A DNA stretch of 63,536 nucleotides, the filler included, from Saprolegnia diclina VS20 (lineage: Eukaryota): NCBI RefSeq assembly GCF_000281045.1. It is 10 parts of 3 records of this genome, joined end to end, with 100 filler letters (N's around TTAATTAATTAA, not from the genome) between each part and the next. Parts side by side here need not be neighbours in the genome. Positions count along the whole stretch, not along the records: positions 1 to 2,155 come from NW_008246123.1; positions 2,256 to 5,078 come from NW_008246123.1; positions 5,179 to 26,793 come from NW_008246123.1; 7 more parts are not named here. The stretch is one strand, 5' to 3'. Below are positions 1-10,848 of this stretch, piece by piece; the stretch's first letter is position 1, and every line of letters begins with the position of its first letter. Position numbers and translations under genes: made by a program. The notes beneath the pieces were generated by a model, which worked only from the letters and a program-made list of their open reading frames with translations, did not search any database and was not told the DNA's origin.

Positions 1-1830
1 CGACTCCTTCGTCGCCGCATTGGCCTTCCCCGACCTGGCTGTTGCTGGGATGATTCCATGACCTCGACGCTGTCCTTCGACATTTCGAGATCGATTATTT
101 AAATCCTGTAGCATGTATGCTATAGTGGTTGGTCTATGATAAATGTCTGAAGCCACGGCTACATCGGCTCTAGAGGCTCGGTTTTGCTCGGCTTCAAGCC
201 GAGCCGAGAAAATGGAGCCCGAGCCGGAGCAGACCGACCGAGCCGTCGTCTTCACGGCTCGGGCCGAACCGTGGAGATGCCTGCTCGTAGTAGACCTGTA
301 GCTGTCGGCCACACTTACTGAAGTATCCTGACCGCACGTATGTTTTGACTTCTCCACAAGCCTCAAAGAGCCGGTACATATGGTCCTGTGGACACAGTAT
401 TTCGCTGTATATTATTATAGTACAACTGCCGTACTAGTACACGTTGTACTACATACAAGTGCACTCCTTCGTTTCGATGATGTACAGAGCCACGACAAAA
501 TATGTGCCAATGAGAAAGAGGGCATGCATTTTGTGCAGCACATTTGGCAATGAAATCATTTTGAACGTGCGCACGATGGCGCTGGCCACGATACCCTACG
601 GTATTACAGATCTTCTTACTCTCGACAAGATAGCTTCCGACCGATAGTGACAAGCTTTTTCTCTTCACACACTCAGCGCGATATATGAACAGCGCGTTCC
701 AGCGCCAGCAACCCCNNNNNNNNNNNNNNNNNNNNNNNNNNNNNNNNNNNNNNNNNNNNNNNNNNNNNNNNNNNNNNNNNNNNNNNNNNNNNNNNNNNNN
801 NNNNNNNNNNNNNNNACACACTCAGCGCGATATATGAACAGCGCGTTCCAGCGCCAGCAACCCCGTGCCCGACAAGAAACGAACCAGCGACTTCACATGC
901 GACCTCCTCGCAATACCTCTTGTGCTAACGTACAGAATGCTAACGTCGGCAACAAGCTAACGCCGGCAATTTGCTGACGTCAACTCCGATGTGGGGGCTT
1001 GAAGCGCCAACGATGTGACGCTTGTGTTATAACGCGAGGGCTGTGCCTGGACGGCGCGCCAAAGCTTTGGCGATGCGCTGACCTCGGATGCAGATTGCCA
1101 TCAAGGTCGGGCCCGGCCCCAGACCATATATACCTTGGATTTGTAGCGGCATGTTGTCGAAGAAAACACTATCTTGCGTTCAGTATACATGTGTACCGGG
1201 GCCATCGTCGATGCGCGGTTTTCTGATCTTGATATGCGTCTGATCCTTGAGCCTCAACAAGCGACCACCCGATGTAGCGCCATCAAGGCACGGGTTGAAA
1301 CTGCCTGCATGTTTCTTTATTCATTGTCTATCTCATGACGTCGCAACGTTCCCATAAATCATCCAGTAGACTTTTGCACACTGTAGTGCAGCTCCACTTA
1401 CCTTCGCTGACAGGCGCTTGTTTACAGACCTGAAAAAGTAACATAACCATTCGGTGCGTGGGACACAACCCGACGAGGTATCCGTCGTGCACCACGCCAC
1501 GCTCGTCTTCTTCCCCACATTGTCGAGTAGATAGCAGCCCTACTCACTGCATTGATTCTTGTAGCAGGCAAAATGACCACAGACATGCCCAACTAACTAA
1601 TTATATATGCCCAGTCGTTGGTGCCCTCCGGTTGTTTCCGCCGGCGTGCCATATCGTCGTATCGTCGTCATATGGTGCACCAGCTGTCGCGCTCAACTTC
1701 GCCAAACGAGCGGCTGACGTTGTACCCAGCGTCCACGGGAAAAGGATGGCGATTACGGAGTCACTGGTTCTTTCTGCGGAAGGTGAACTTAAACTTCGTT
1801 GAAATAACTTTTCACGCTCGATTCGCCTTC

Positions 1831-1846
1831 TCACTTTTTGATTTGC
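1831..1846 (+). promoter_or_regulatory. Oomycete Inr-FPR core promoter element
   Basis: TCACTTTTTGATTTGC, resembling the oomycete Inr (YCAYTYY) plus FPR (MWTTTNC), ends 17 bp before the ATG at 1863. Confidence 0.6.
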
Positions 1847-1862
1847 CTCCAAGACCAACAAG

Positions 1863-2516
1863 ATGGCCACGACTCAGAAGGAGCTCGGACAAATGGACCT
1901 CCAGGAGCGCGTCTCCTACATCCAGTCCGCGACCAAAGACAAGGATGCCGATGGTGACTACACCGACGCCAAGACGCCCGGTGAGCTCGAAGACGGCGCA
2001 CTCGTTGCCGGTGGCGCGCTCTCGCTCGCCTCTCGTGAGGCCCTCGCGCTCTTCTCGCAGTACTTTGCCATCGGTATCCTCTACGGCATGTTGCCCGGCA
2101 TGCAGTACTCGGTGTTCCAGAACTACTTGAAGATGGAAGGCTACCAAGTGTCGGCNNNNNNNNNNNNNNNNNNNNNNNNNNNNNNNNNNNNNNNNNNNNT
2201 TAATTAATTAANNNNNNNNNNNNNNNNNNNNNNNNNNNNNNNNNNNNNNNNNNNNTGCTACTTCATCTCGTATGCGTGCAAGCTCGCGGCGCTTGGCTGG
2301 CTCTTCCTCCTCCCGCCGCAGAAGGAAGCCATGCAGGCGCTCAAGAAGCGTGGCCAGACGAGCAAGCTCGCGGGCGCGCTCTTGGTCATTATCTTCTTCC
2401 TCGCGCTCACGTTCTCGGTGACGACCAACTTTTTGTCCGTGTACCCGTCGACCAAGTGCCTCCGCATCGCTGGCGGCAAGGGCCGCAAGAACGGCACGTG
2501 CATCGTCAAGAAGTAA
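1863..2516 (+). CDS. Oomycete folate-biopterin transporter (BT1/MFS)-like membrane protein, middle lost in gap
   Basis: N-terminus ...LEDGALVAGGALSLASREALALFSQYFAIGILYG lies before the gap; the C-terminus ...LFLLPPQKEAMQALKKRG...STKCLRIAGGKG...KK* lies after the gap on the same strand. Both ends are typical of this oomycete family. Confidence 0.7.
2156..2255. other. Assembly gap with artificial TTAATTAATTAA six-frame stop linker (first of nine)
   Basis: N-run, TTAATTAATTAA, N-run (100 bp in total). The linker recurs at about 5123, 26838, 38247, 40403, 56232, 58035, 59341 and 60757. Confidence 0.95.
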
Positions 2517-2786
2517 ACTGACGTGGGACGAGTGGCTAGTCCCTACCTTGATATAAAACGGTGTAATGTATAGTGTGTCGTTGTTTTCATACTAAAAGCT
2601 AAGACTAGCATTTCATTATAAATGCGTTTACAGCTAGCTATCAACTACGTGTGCTCACTGGTTTGGGACCATTGCAGCACTGGGATGCATCATGCACGAC
2701 GCCCCCCGTTTCCCTCCGACCCACTGTGGTGGCGCAACGGCACATGAAACCCAGCAATGGTGTATGCGCGGTTGTAGTTAATGAAT

Positions 2787-5078
2787 CTAGCGTTTTAGGT
2801 GGCACAGAAAGCGCAATGTCAGGTAGATAAGCACTTGGATGAGCGCCCACTCGAGAAGAAGCGCGCCGCTGCTCGAGTAGATCTCGGCCGGGTCAAACCC
2901 AAATTTCGAAACGACGTACGACTGGACCGTCGCTGGCTTGCCGCCGACCAGAATCGATTTGCAGCCAGGCCCGACGCCATCCTCGCAGCGTCCAATGACG
3001 AGTCCGACAAGGACGTTGAGCGAGTAACTCGACGGAATGATCCACGTCAGCCACTTGTAGCCCCACTTCATGCGCACGAACGGGAGGAGGAAGCCGCCAA
3101 AGAGGTTAAAGATGCACGACGTCGCGCCGACAGCGACGTTGGCGACCTTGATGTTGGGCATGAGCACGGCCATCCACATGCCCATGAAGGTACACAGGGA
3201 GGTGTACACAAAGTAGATGAACCAGAAGAAAAAGAAGGTGGCCGCATCATTGTACCAGCCGACGAGCCAGTAGATGATCGCGACAAAGCTGAGGTTGACG
3301 ACCACGAGGTACGGGATCTCGGCCAAGAGCATCGAGAGTGTGTAGGGCAGCGGACTGTAGTAGTTGGACATGCGCTCGCGGTAAAACACTGGGCGCTCCG
3401 TGCTCGCCATGTCGAGCACAGTCATCATGTTGATGACGCCGATAAAGTCCATCACATTGTAAATCAGTCCGACCTACGTCATCACGCCTATCAGTTTGTG
3501 GTCCACATGCAGACAATAGTGTACATGCGACGTCACGTGCGCCATAGTGCCAAACGGCAGCTGGTAGAACGTGCTGCCAAAGATGACGGCAAAGACCGGG
3601 TACGATACGAGTCGCACAAAGTTGTAGGCGGGCGACCGCCAGTACATGAGCACAGCCCGGTGCGTGAGCCAGCGCGTCTGGTTCCATAGGCTCGTCGCGA
3701 TCGGCTGGAACTTGAGGGTCGAAAACATGACCAGTTCCGATGACGGCGCAAGGTGCTTCTCGACTTTGTCGCGGTTCGCCGCGCAGAGGTCGCTGCTCGC
3801 ATAGACGTCGGCGTAGTTTTGAATGTCCTTGCGGCCGACGCCGGCGCCAATGACCTCGAGCATGTACGTCGCAGGGTTGTAGAGCGGCTGGATCTTCTCG
3901 GTCCCCGGGATCGAATGAAAATACTCGAGCAGCTTTTGCGAATCGCCGCCGAGCTCGCCGTAGAACGCGATGCGACCTCCTTTTTGCAGCAAGAGAAGCG
4001 AGTCAAAGAGCTCGAAGATCTGGATACTGGGCTGATGGATCGTGCAAATGACCGTGCGGCCCGTGCGTGCGATCGACTGGACACCGCGCATGACAAACTG
4101 CGCTGAGCGAGCGTCCAACCCCGAGGTAGGTTCGTCCAAAAACAAGATGCTCGGGTTGGCGACGACCTCGACACCGATCGTGACGCGCTTCTTCTGTTCG
4201 ACGCTGAGGTTCAGAACGCGTTCGTGGGCGATCTTGTCGAGCTCGAGGAGCGTCAATGTCTCGCGCACCAAGCTGAGCTTGGCATCCAACTCGAACGTCT
4301 GCGGCAGCCGCAGAAACGCTGAAAACTCGAGCGCCTCGCGGATCGTCGACTTCTCCGAGTGGATGTCCATCTGCTCGCAGTAGCTGGCGATGCAGCTAAA
4401 GGTCGCGGGGTTCTTGGGCTCGCCGTTGATGAAGACGTCGCCGGCGATGCGGCCACCCGTCTTGCGACCCGCGAGAACATCCATGAAGGTCGTCTTGCCC
4501 GCGCCGGACGACCCCATGAGCGCGGTCATCGTGCCCGGCTCAAACGACGCCGTGATGTGCTGCAGTAGCTGTCGCTCGTCGCCCGACGGCATCTTCACAA
4601 AGTAGTCCAAGTCGCGGACGGCAATGCGCGCGGGATAGAACGGGAGCTGCGTCGGCGTGGTGTCGATCGTGAGCGCGGTCGCCGAGCCGGCTTTGGGCAC
4701 CATGGGGGGCGCCGTCCCGCGCACTTGCGTATCAAACCGAATAAAGTGCAGCGCGAGGGCGTTCAGCGTCGTAAAAAGAAGGTAGTAGCCAAAGAGAAGG
4801 AGGAGGCCGTACCCAATGTACGCGTTGTCTTGGTGGATCTCAAACATGTCGAGGTTGTCAGCGCGTTCGTCCGGCGAGTAGCGTGTGCTGCTGTACTCGT
4901 TGAGCATGATGGAGCGGAGCGCCCACGTGAGCGGGTTGCACCAGTACATCCAGCGCCAATAAGTTGGAATGAGATCGTAGAGCACAATGTTGCCCGAAAA
5001 AAGAACGAAAAACACTATCGAGCAGGCGGCGAACGACTGCGCGATGGAGATCGTCGGCGCGATCGAGCTCAGGAGCGT
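2787..5078 (-). CDS. ABCG/PDR-type ABC transporter, C-terminal part (5' end in gap)
   Basis: Walker A GSSGAGKTT, the PDR NBD2 signature LSVEQKKRVTIGVE, Walker B ILFLDEPTSGLD, CTIHQPS, YNPATYMLE and ERPVFYRER. A 51-bp GT-AG intron at 3474-3524 joins the two ORFs. Confidence 0.95.
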
Positions 5079-5540
5079 NNNNNNNNNNNNNNNNNNNNNN
5101 NNNNNNNNNNNNNNNNNNNNNNTTAATTAATTAANNNNNNNNNNNNNNNNNNNNNNNNNNNNNNNNNNNNNNNNNNNNCCGGATGTATATGCACCTTCTT
5201 TCGAAATGGCGCCATCGTGGCATGGCGCCAGTATATTCTCAGTCGCATCACGCCCGCAAGCCTGCAGTGAGGTTGCATTTTTGCATGATAGCGAGCGCAC
5301 ACAGCTCATTTATTCCAACGACAAGTGCTGATATCACTGCATTCAGGCGTCATGTTACCTGTGCGTTCGTTTTTGCCAACTTCATTTACGCTGCATTGAT
5401 CTCAAGCGTCAAGCATCGTTCATTGTCGAAGCTACCGGAACGTGTAGGCTAGTGATGCACATACCAGAGGAGAGAAGGGATACACCACACAATAGCTCAC
5501 GGAGACGCGGGAGTCGGGTCTCAAGCTCCGATACAAAACT

Positions 5541-6403
5541 CCTACAGTGGCAAAACCCTCAGACTGGATGAAGGTGTCAGGAGAGCACCAGGGGGATGAC
5601 AACCCCTCAGAAAAATGGCTTTTGTGTCGCTTTTTGTCAGGCATCCAGCCAATCAGCGACCTTTAACCTCGCGACATACATTCCCGAACCACGTGGTTCC
5701 CGTTCGACGAATCAAATACGACATTGTGGCTTGGAACCCAAAATACGCCAATCAGCACGAACGAGATCGCAGAAATCGAGCGTGCTTGGGCTTGCGGAGG
5801 CCAACCGAAAAAACAATTGACGGCGTGCCTGGCATTTGTCGCAAGCTTTCGAAGCGTTCAATTCGCGCGCGAATCCGCACAGAACTCCATGAGCTATGCT
5901 CGGAGAGGATGGTACGGCGTTGTGATTGGCTTACTGGAAATCATTTTGACCAGTAAGATATCATATCCGGATAAAACGAGTTCGAATTTGAATTGCCACC
6001 AACTCGACATCCTGCTTCAACTGCAGGCTTGCTGAACTGCCGCAATGGGGAAGAAGGCTATTGTGTGCTTAAGCGCCGGGCGCAAACGCGCAGCGAGCCG
6101 CGATCTGATGATGGCGACGGACTCACGCACGACCTTTGCGTTGGCCGACACACTTGTTGCTTAAAAAGGTCAAACACTCGACAACTGGTACGTTAAATTA
6201 GTTTGCCCTTGATTAGTCATCATGGGTACAGTGGTACACCTCCTCTGGGTCCGAAAAGCACTTTTTTCCCTCCGGCGGGTTGTCATCCCCCTGGGAGAGC
6301 ACCTCCAGAGGCTCGTCAGCCGACACGAAGATGACACACCTTCGTCACTTTTCGTTCGAGTGGTTTTGTCCAGCCCCTTACATTGGCTGTTTTCCCACTG
6401 AGG
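5541..6403. repeat. Degenerate inverted-repeat pair (MITE-like?)
   Basis: Perfect 18-bp inverted repeat: CCAGGGGGATGACAACCC (5588-5605) and GGGTTGTCATCCCCCTGG (6277-6294). Further imperfect inverted matches lie outside it (gaaggtgt/acaccttc; cagtggcaaaac/gttttcccactg). Confidence 0.5.
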
Positions 6404-6785
6404 TTAGGGTTTTTTTCCCTCCACTCGGAGGTTTTGCCCACCTCTCTCGTAGTTTGTATGTCCCATAATGTTCTGAATACATTCCGGGCCATTGGTCGTG
6501 GGGACCTCACGGTCCCTCACTTCTGTTCTGGTTCCGTTCTGGCTAGCTTCCCGCTTGCCCGTTTGCCTCCTCTTCTTCCTCTTCCTCTTCTTAGCTTCGT
6601 TCCTCTGCTTTGTGCTTCGCTGCCCCAAGTGCCAGCTTGACAGAAGGAAAGGGTGGAAACAGCCAAAGATCCAGAACCAACGAAGAGTCGGCAATCCCAA
6701 AGTCTGCAGTTCAAGTACCGAATTGACACTTCTAGTCGAGTCAGAGAACTCACTTTGCCTCAGTACCACGACTCGAACCCTCTCA

Positions 6786-7154
6786 ATGCCGGGCCAACGG
6801 GTCAACTACCTCAACACAACGGCGGACGAGGAATACTGCGAGTGCGGCGCCGTCATCTTCCCAGCAACGATCCACTCGTGCCCTCCGTACCCATCCAACG
6901 ACTATCAACTCGTCATCGAGTGCAGCAAAAACTTGGAGCGCGTGCTTCGAGAGTTTCACGACGCAAGCGGATCTAGTCTGGCTGGCCTGCTGAGGTCGGT
7001 ACGGGATAACTTGCATCCGAAGCAGGTTGAGGCTTTCGAGTACGTCATCGCGATGCGCAATAAGTTGGTCCACGACAAAGACGCGAGAGCGTTGCCCAAC
7101 CGTCGGCATTTTCTTGACCAGTATGAGTTTGCCCGCTGGGTTGATAACTATTAG
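6786..7154 (+). CDS. Small HEPN-like domain protein (RxxxxH), 122 aa
   Basis: Helical pattern LVIECSKNLERVL...G..L...LRSV...IAMRNKLVHD, with an R-X4-H motif at 7056-7073. The ORF is intronless. Confidence 0.65.
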   Translation: MPGQRVNYLNTTADEEYCECGAVIFPATIHSCPPYPSNDYQLVIECSKNLERVLREFHDASGSSLAGLLRSVRDNLHPKQVEAFEYVIAMRNKLVHDKDARALPNRRHFLDQYEFARWVDNY

Positions 7155-8483
7155 CGTAAGTGAAATGCAATGAAAGCCACAATATCCTACGTATTTACGG
7201 TAAAATATATCGGGAGACTTGCGGCTCGGCCACATGAGGCGACGCGCTCCAACTGCGGGGTTCCACGCATAGCGGTAGCCAAGGTGCTGGGTGTACTGGG
7301 ATGTACGAGAGTAGTGGACGCAGCAGTAGGCTGCGTACTGTCTGGATAGCGTTGTGTGTTGCGAGCTCCGTGGGACGCTGTGCTGCGAGGGGTGCGGGCT
7401 CATCCAGGTTGCGCTGAAGACTGCGCGAATTTCTCCGAAAAAGTTCAGCGCCGAAAACAAGACACCTGGGTCAGCACACGACAATTTCCCACCGTCATGT
7501 GCACATACCCGTCGCCCATCGCGCGCGCCATGAGAAGGGTCCTGAACCACGTTGGGCATTTCTGCATGCATGTACACGGCATCTCATCCCGCGCGGCTGG
7601 TCCTTATGTCGAGTCATCCGAGGCTGCGACTGGACACGGACGATGATGACATTGCACTCATGGTATGTACGTTGTGACAGCTTTGCACCCAAATATCTTC
7701 CACGTGTCGTGTCGGCCTCGCCATCAATCCGGCAATGTGTCCATCGCTCGTAGCAATGGGTTTTCCACAAAACACACATGCGTGGTTTATTCGACCAACG
7801 CCGACAACTTGTCTGACCTGGCGCCATCCCGTCCTTCGCGAAGCATCGCCATTGCATTCGTCGTCGCATGGGCATCGAGAGAAGAAGAGATCTACGCCGA
7901 ACGAGCCCGACGCAGCTAACGTTACTATATCGATCAAGTAGGCTCGTTGTTTGCACTGTTTGAGCCCCGTGAAATGATCGCTCTGTCACGTGGCGTGCCG
8001 TCGTATTGCCGATCAGTAGTTTGCGCTGATGGACAAGGCATCTTCTATCGCATTCGGCATGGCTGTGGTGGCCCATACCGACGCCGTCGTTGCGCCTCGC
8101 ACTACGAGTAGCAGCAACGTCGCTACGTCATCCGTCAGCTTCATTTTCTTTGGAGTGGACGGCCAGATGTGGTCCTTTGACATGGATCAACTGCGGCCAA
8201 GGTTGCTCAGTTGGAAATGCTACGGTGCAATCAATTTCGACACGGTGCCATAGACACGGAGACAACGTTGCATGCTTTCGACGAGCGCGTGCAGACCCAA
8301 GGGCAACTAGCTTCAACCCTATAATGCTGGACGAACTCCATCGGGTGTGAAACCAAGCCGCGTATTTTTCACACGCTTGTCCCAGCATCGTATACACACA
8401 CCTGGAAAAGGCAATTAGGAGAAACCAGATTGCAGCTCATCGATCGGCAACGGGACACGACCATTGTTTTCGCTGGCTCTGGT

Positions 8484-8499
8484 GCATTTCGTAATTTGC
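8484..8499 (+). promoter_or_regulatory. Inr-FPR-like core promoter
   Basis: GCATTTCGTAATTTGC lies just before the ATG at 8506. Confidence 0.55.
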
Positions 8500-8505
8500 G
8501 CCGAC

Positions 8506-8892
8506 ATGCGTACGAAGACGAAGTCGGGCCGCATGAAGAAGGTCGCGTCGCGCAAGAAGATCATGCTCTTCCACCCGGACGACATCACAACCAAGGACAC
8601 GTACGCCGGCGTCGACCTCGAGCACCTCTACGACCTCACCATGTCGTCCCGCGTTGCCGTGGTCGCCCCGGCACCGCACCGCGTGAGCCACTGCGCGACC
8701 GACGTCACGGACGACGAGAGCAGCAGCTACCACGTCCTCTCCATCTGCCAGGATGACTTTGACATGCTCGAGGTCGAAGACTGCCCGATCCTCGAGGACG
8801 AGCTCTTCTCGTCGCGGCGCAACACCCGCCTCCGTCGCCGCAGCGTCCTCCCGAATTTCTTGCAGCGTATCTTCTCGCGTACGTTGTGGTAG
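8506..8892 (+). CDS. Hypothetical protein, 128 aa, with LFHPDD and DCPIL motifs
   Basis: Strong GC3 codon bias, an upstream Inr-FPR element, and motifs shared with the convergent neighbour. Confidence 0.75.
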   Translation: MRTKTKSGRMKKVASRKKIMLFHPDDITTKDTYAGVDLEHLYDLTMSSRVAVVAPAPHRVSHCATDVTDDESSSYHVLSICQDDFDMLEVEDCPILEDELFSSRRNTRLRRRSVLPNFLQRIFSRTLW

Positions 8893-8992
8893 TAGACCGC
8901 TGGCCTTTCGTTGGTAAAAGGAAGCGACGTTCGTATTTAAGTTAATTTATAGAGCCATGATCTGCGCAAAATGCAAATACGATGCACGCACC

Positions 8993-9292
8993 TCAGGCCT
9001 TCGCACGCAGCAGCTTGAGCCAAAGCCGAGTGAAATGCAGCTTCCATTTGTCGTGGAGCTTGGACGGCTCTTGCAGCACAGGGCAGTCGTCGACAAAGTC
9101 GACGTCGTCCGTGAAGTTGCTGCTCCCGCGCCGACGCGGCTTGTCGTGCAAGCTCGCGCGCGTCGTGTGCGTCTCGATCGAATGGATCTTGCCAATGGTG
9201 AGCGACGCCGACCGGGGTCGATACGCAGGGTTGTACTCCATGTCGTCCGGGTGGAACAGCACGATGCCTTGCTTGCTGCTGGACGCGACCAT
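8993..9292 (-). CDS. Hypothetical protein, 99 aa, with LFHPDD and DCPVL motifs (paralog of 8506-8892)
   Basis: MVASSSKQGIVLFHPDD...DDVDFVDDCPVLQE. An Inr-FPR-like TCAGAGTTCAATTTCC lies at 9319-9304 on the minus strand. Confidence 0.7.
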   Translation of the reverse strand: MVASSSKQGIVLFHPDDMEYNPAYRPRSASLTIGKIHSIETHTTRASLHDKPRRRGSSNFTDDVDFVDDCPVLQEPSKLHDKWKLHFTRLWLKLLRAKA

Positions 9293-10248
9293 GACACTTG
9301 GTCGGAAATTGAACTCTGAGGAATCGGACAGGTCGTGGAAGGGAGAGAAGCGCACATGGTGGTGGTGACAGATTGTACTGATTCCAAGCCAGCAAAGCGT
9401 CGCGTACCACGACCCAGACTGACCACAACCTCTATCTTTCCGTCGACGCGACAACCCAGAGGGAATCGCACCCTAATTCCAGCCATGGTTCGTGCGTGCT
9501 GACGTCAGTCGAACGGCTGCAATGAGAGCGTGATACACAACGAAGTAGCCAACCCTCCTCGGTCTTTGAGTAGCACCGTGTGCGCACTTTTGCTTGTATG
9601 ACTACATCGGGCGGCGCCTGTTTCGGCCACAAGTGTCGTGGTGGTGTACGCACTAGAAGGCACCGCAGCTGTCCACCCGCCACTTGGTAAATGGCTGGGC
9701 GGCTACTCATAATTCGTATCGAAATCCCTCCATACAACAATAGGCGAGATCGCCACTTCTACTCGATTCTCAAGTCCCACTTGGCTATAACGCTTGCACG
9801 CATGTCCCTTACGTACAGCTCTGTGGCATGGGTCCTGTGATTTCGAGCGAACAAGACTCCAGCAGGCTCCTAGCACCAAGGGTCCATACACTGAGCTTCG
9901 TTGCCCTTGCCAGCACAGCAGAAAAGCGCGCGAACAATATTTTTATATTTGCGATCCATTTTAAAATAAGAACACGACGTATACATTATTAATCTGATTA
10001 CCATACAAAGAACAAGCTGTTATGTAACGATTTCAAATAAAATACTAGGAGAATACGAGCAGTTTACAAAAAACAAGCTGTTATGCATGTGTTTAAACAT
10101 TTATTGCTACAGGTAAACCTCTTATATTAAATTCTTCGATGCATATTGAATATGAGAGAGATTCGAAGCGAGAGGTTTGGAGCCGGCCAATCGCCACTGG
10201 TTGGTGAAGAGAGCAGTCGGTTTTTTGCTTGGGACCAACACGAGCGCG

Positions 10249-10638
10249 ATGGATGATGAGTACGACCACGACGCCGCCATGGACGACATGGACGATGTGA
10301 ACGAGGAGCAGGAAGAGATGGAGAACTTCGACGAGATGGAAGATGGCGCCGAGCACGAGAACGGCGTCGCGCTCCTCGACGAGTCGGAGAAGCAGCCCAA
10401 CGCCCACCGCATCACGACGCGCTACATGACCAAGTACGAGCGCGCCCGCGTCCTTGGCACGCGCGCGCTACAGATCAGCATGAACGCGCCGGTCATGGTC
10501 GACATTGAAGGCGAGACGGACCCGCTCAAGATTGCCATGAAGGAGCTCAGCCAGCGCAAGATCCCGATCATCATCCGCCGGTACCTTCCCGATGGCTCGT
10601 ACGAGGACTGGTCCATCGACGAACTCATTATTGAATAA
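10249..10638 (+). CDS. RPB6: RNA polymerases I/II/III shared subunit RPB6 (RPABC2)
   Basis: Acidic N-terminus followed by [31 protein letters not shown]...[17 protein letters not shown]. Confidence 0.98.
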   Translation: MDDEYDHDAAMDDMDDVNEEQEEMENFDEMEDGAEHENGVALLDESEKQPNAHRITTRYMTKYERARVLGTRALQISMNAPVMVDIEGETDPLKIAMKELSQRKIPIIIRRYLPDGSYEDWSIDELIIE

Positions 10639-10848
10639 TAAACTTACACGCTTTGCACTCTCGACGCGATCTGCTCCTTCCGCATGCCATGGCCACCATG
10701 CAGCGCCAGCGATCGCGCCGATACACTAGCGATCTCATTGCGGGCACGACGACGCAAGCAGCATGACAGTCAAGCCATTGGCATTAAGGCAGTATATATC
10801 GAGGTAACACTATTCAAGGCGTCTGGTGTGTACAAGGTGCGTCCTCGC

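Noticed and set aside
1..83. Possible minus-strand gene start (MSKDSVEVMESSQQQPGRG...) running off the window
   Set aside because: Only 27 codons are visible, with no recognisable motif.
666..864. About 49-bp direct repeat on both sides of a 100-N gap
   Set aside because: Typical unmerged contig overlap rather than a biological repeat.
2200..2211. Recurring TTAATTAATTAA palindrome (nine copies)
   Set aside because: Always centred in N-runs, so it is an artificial six-frame-stop spacer.
2799..3689. Long antisense or alternative-frame ORFs over real genes (also 10684-11592, 45856-47400 and others)
   Set aside because: Shadow ORFs produced by high GC3 codon bias.
7200..8400. Several short ORFs, including a 74-aa ORF at 8029-8253
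   Set aside because: No consistent codon bias or motif; at most a degraded gene remnant.
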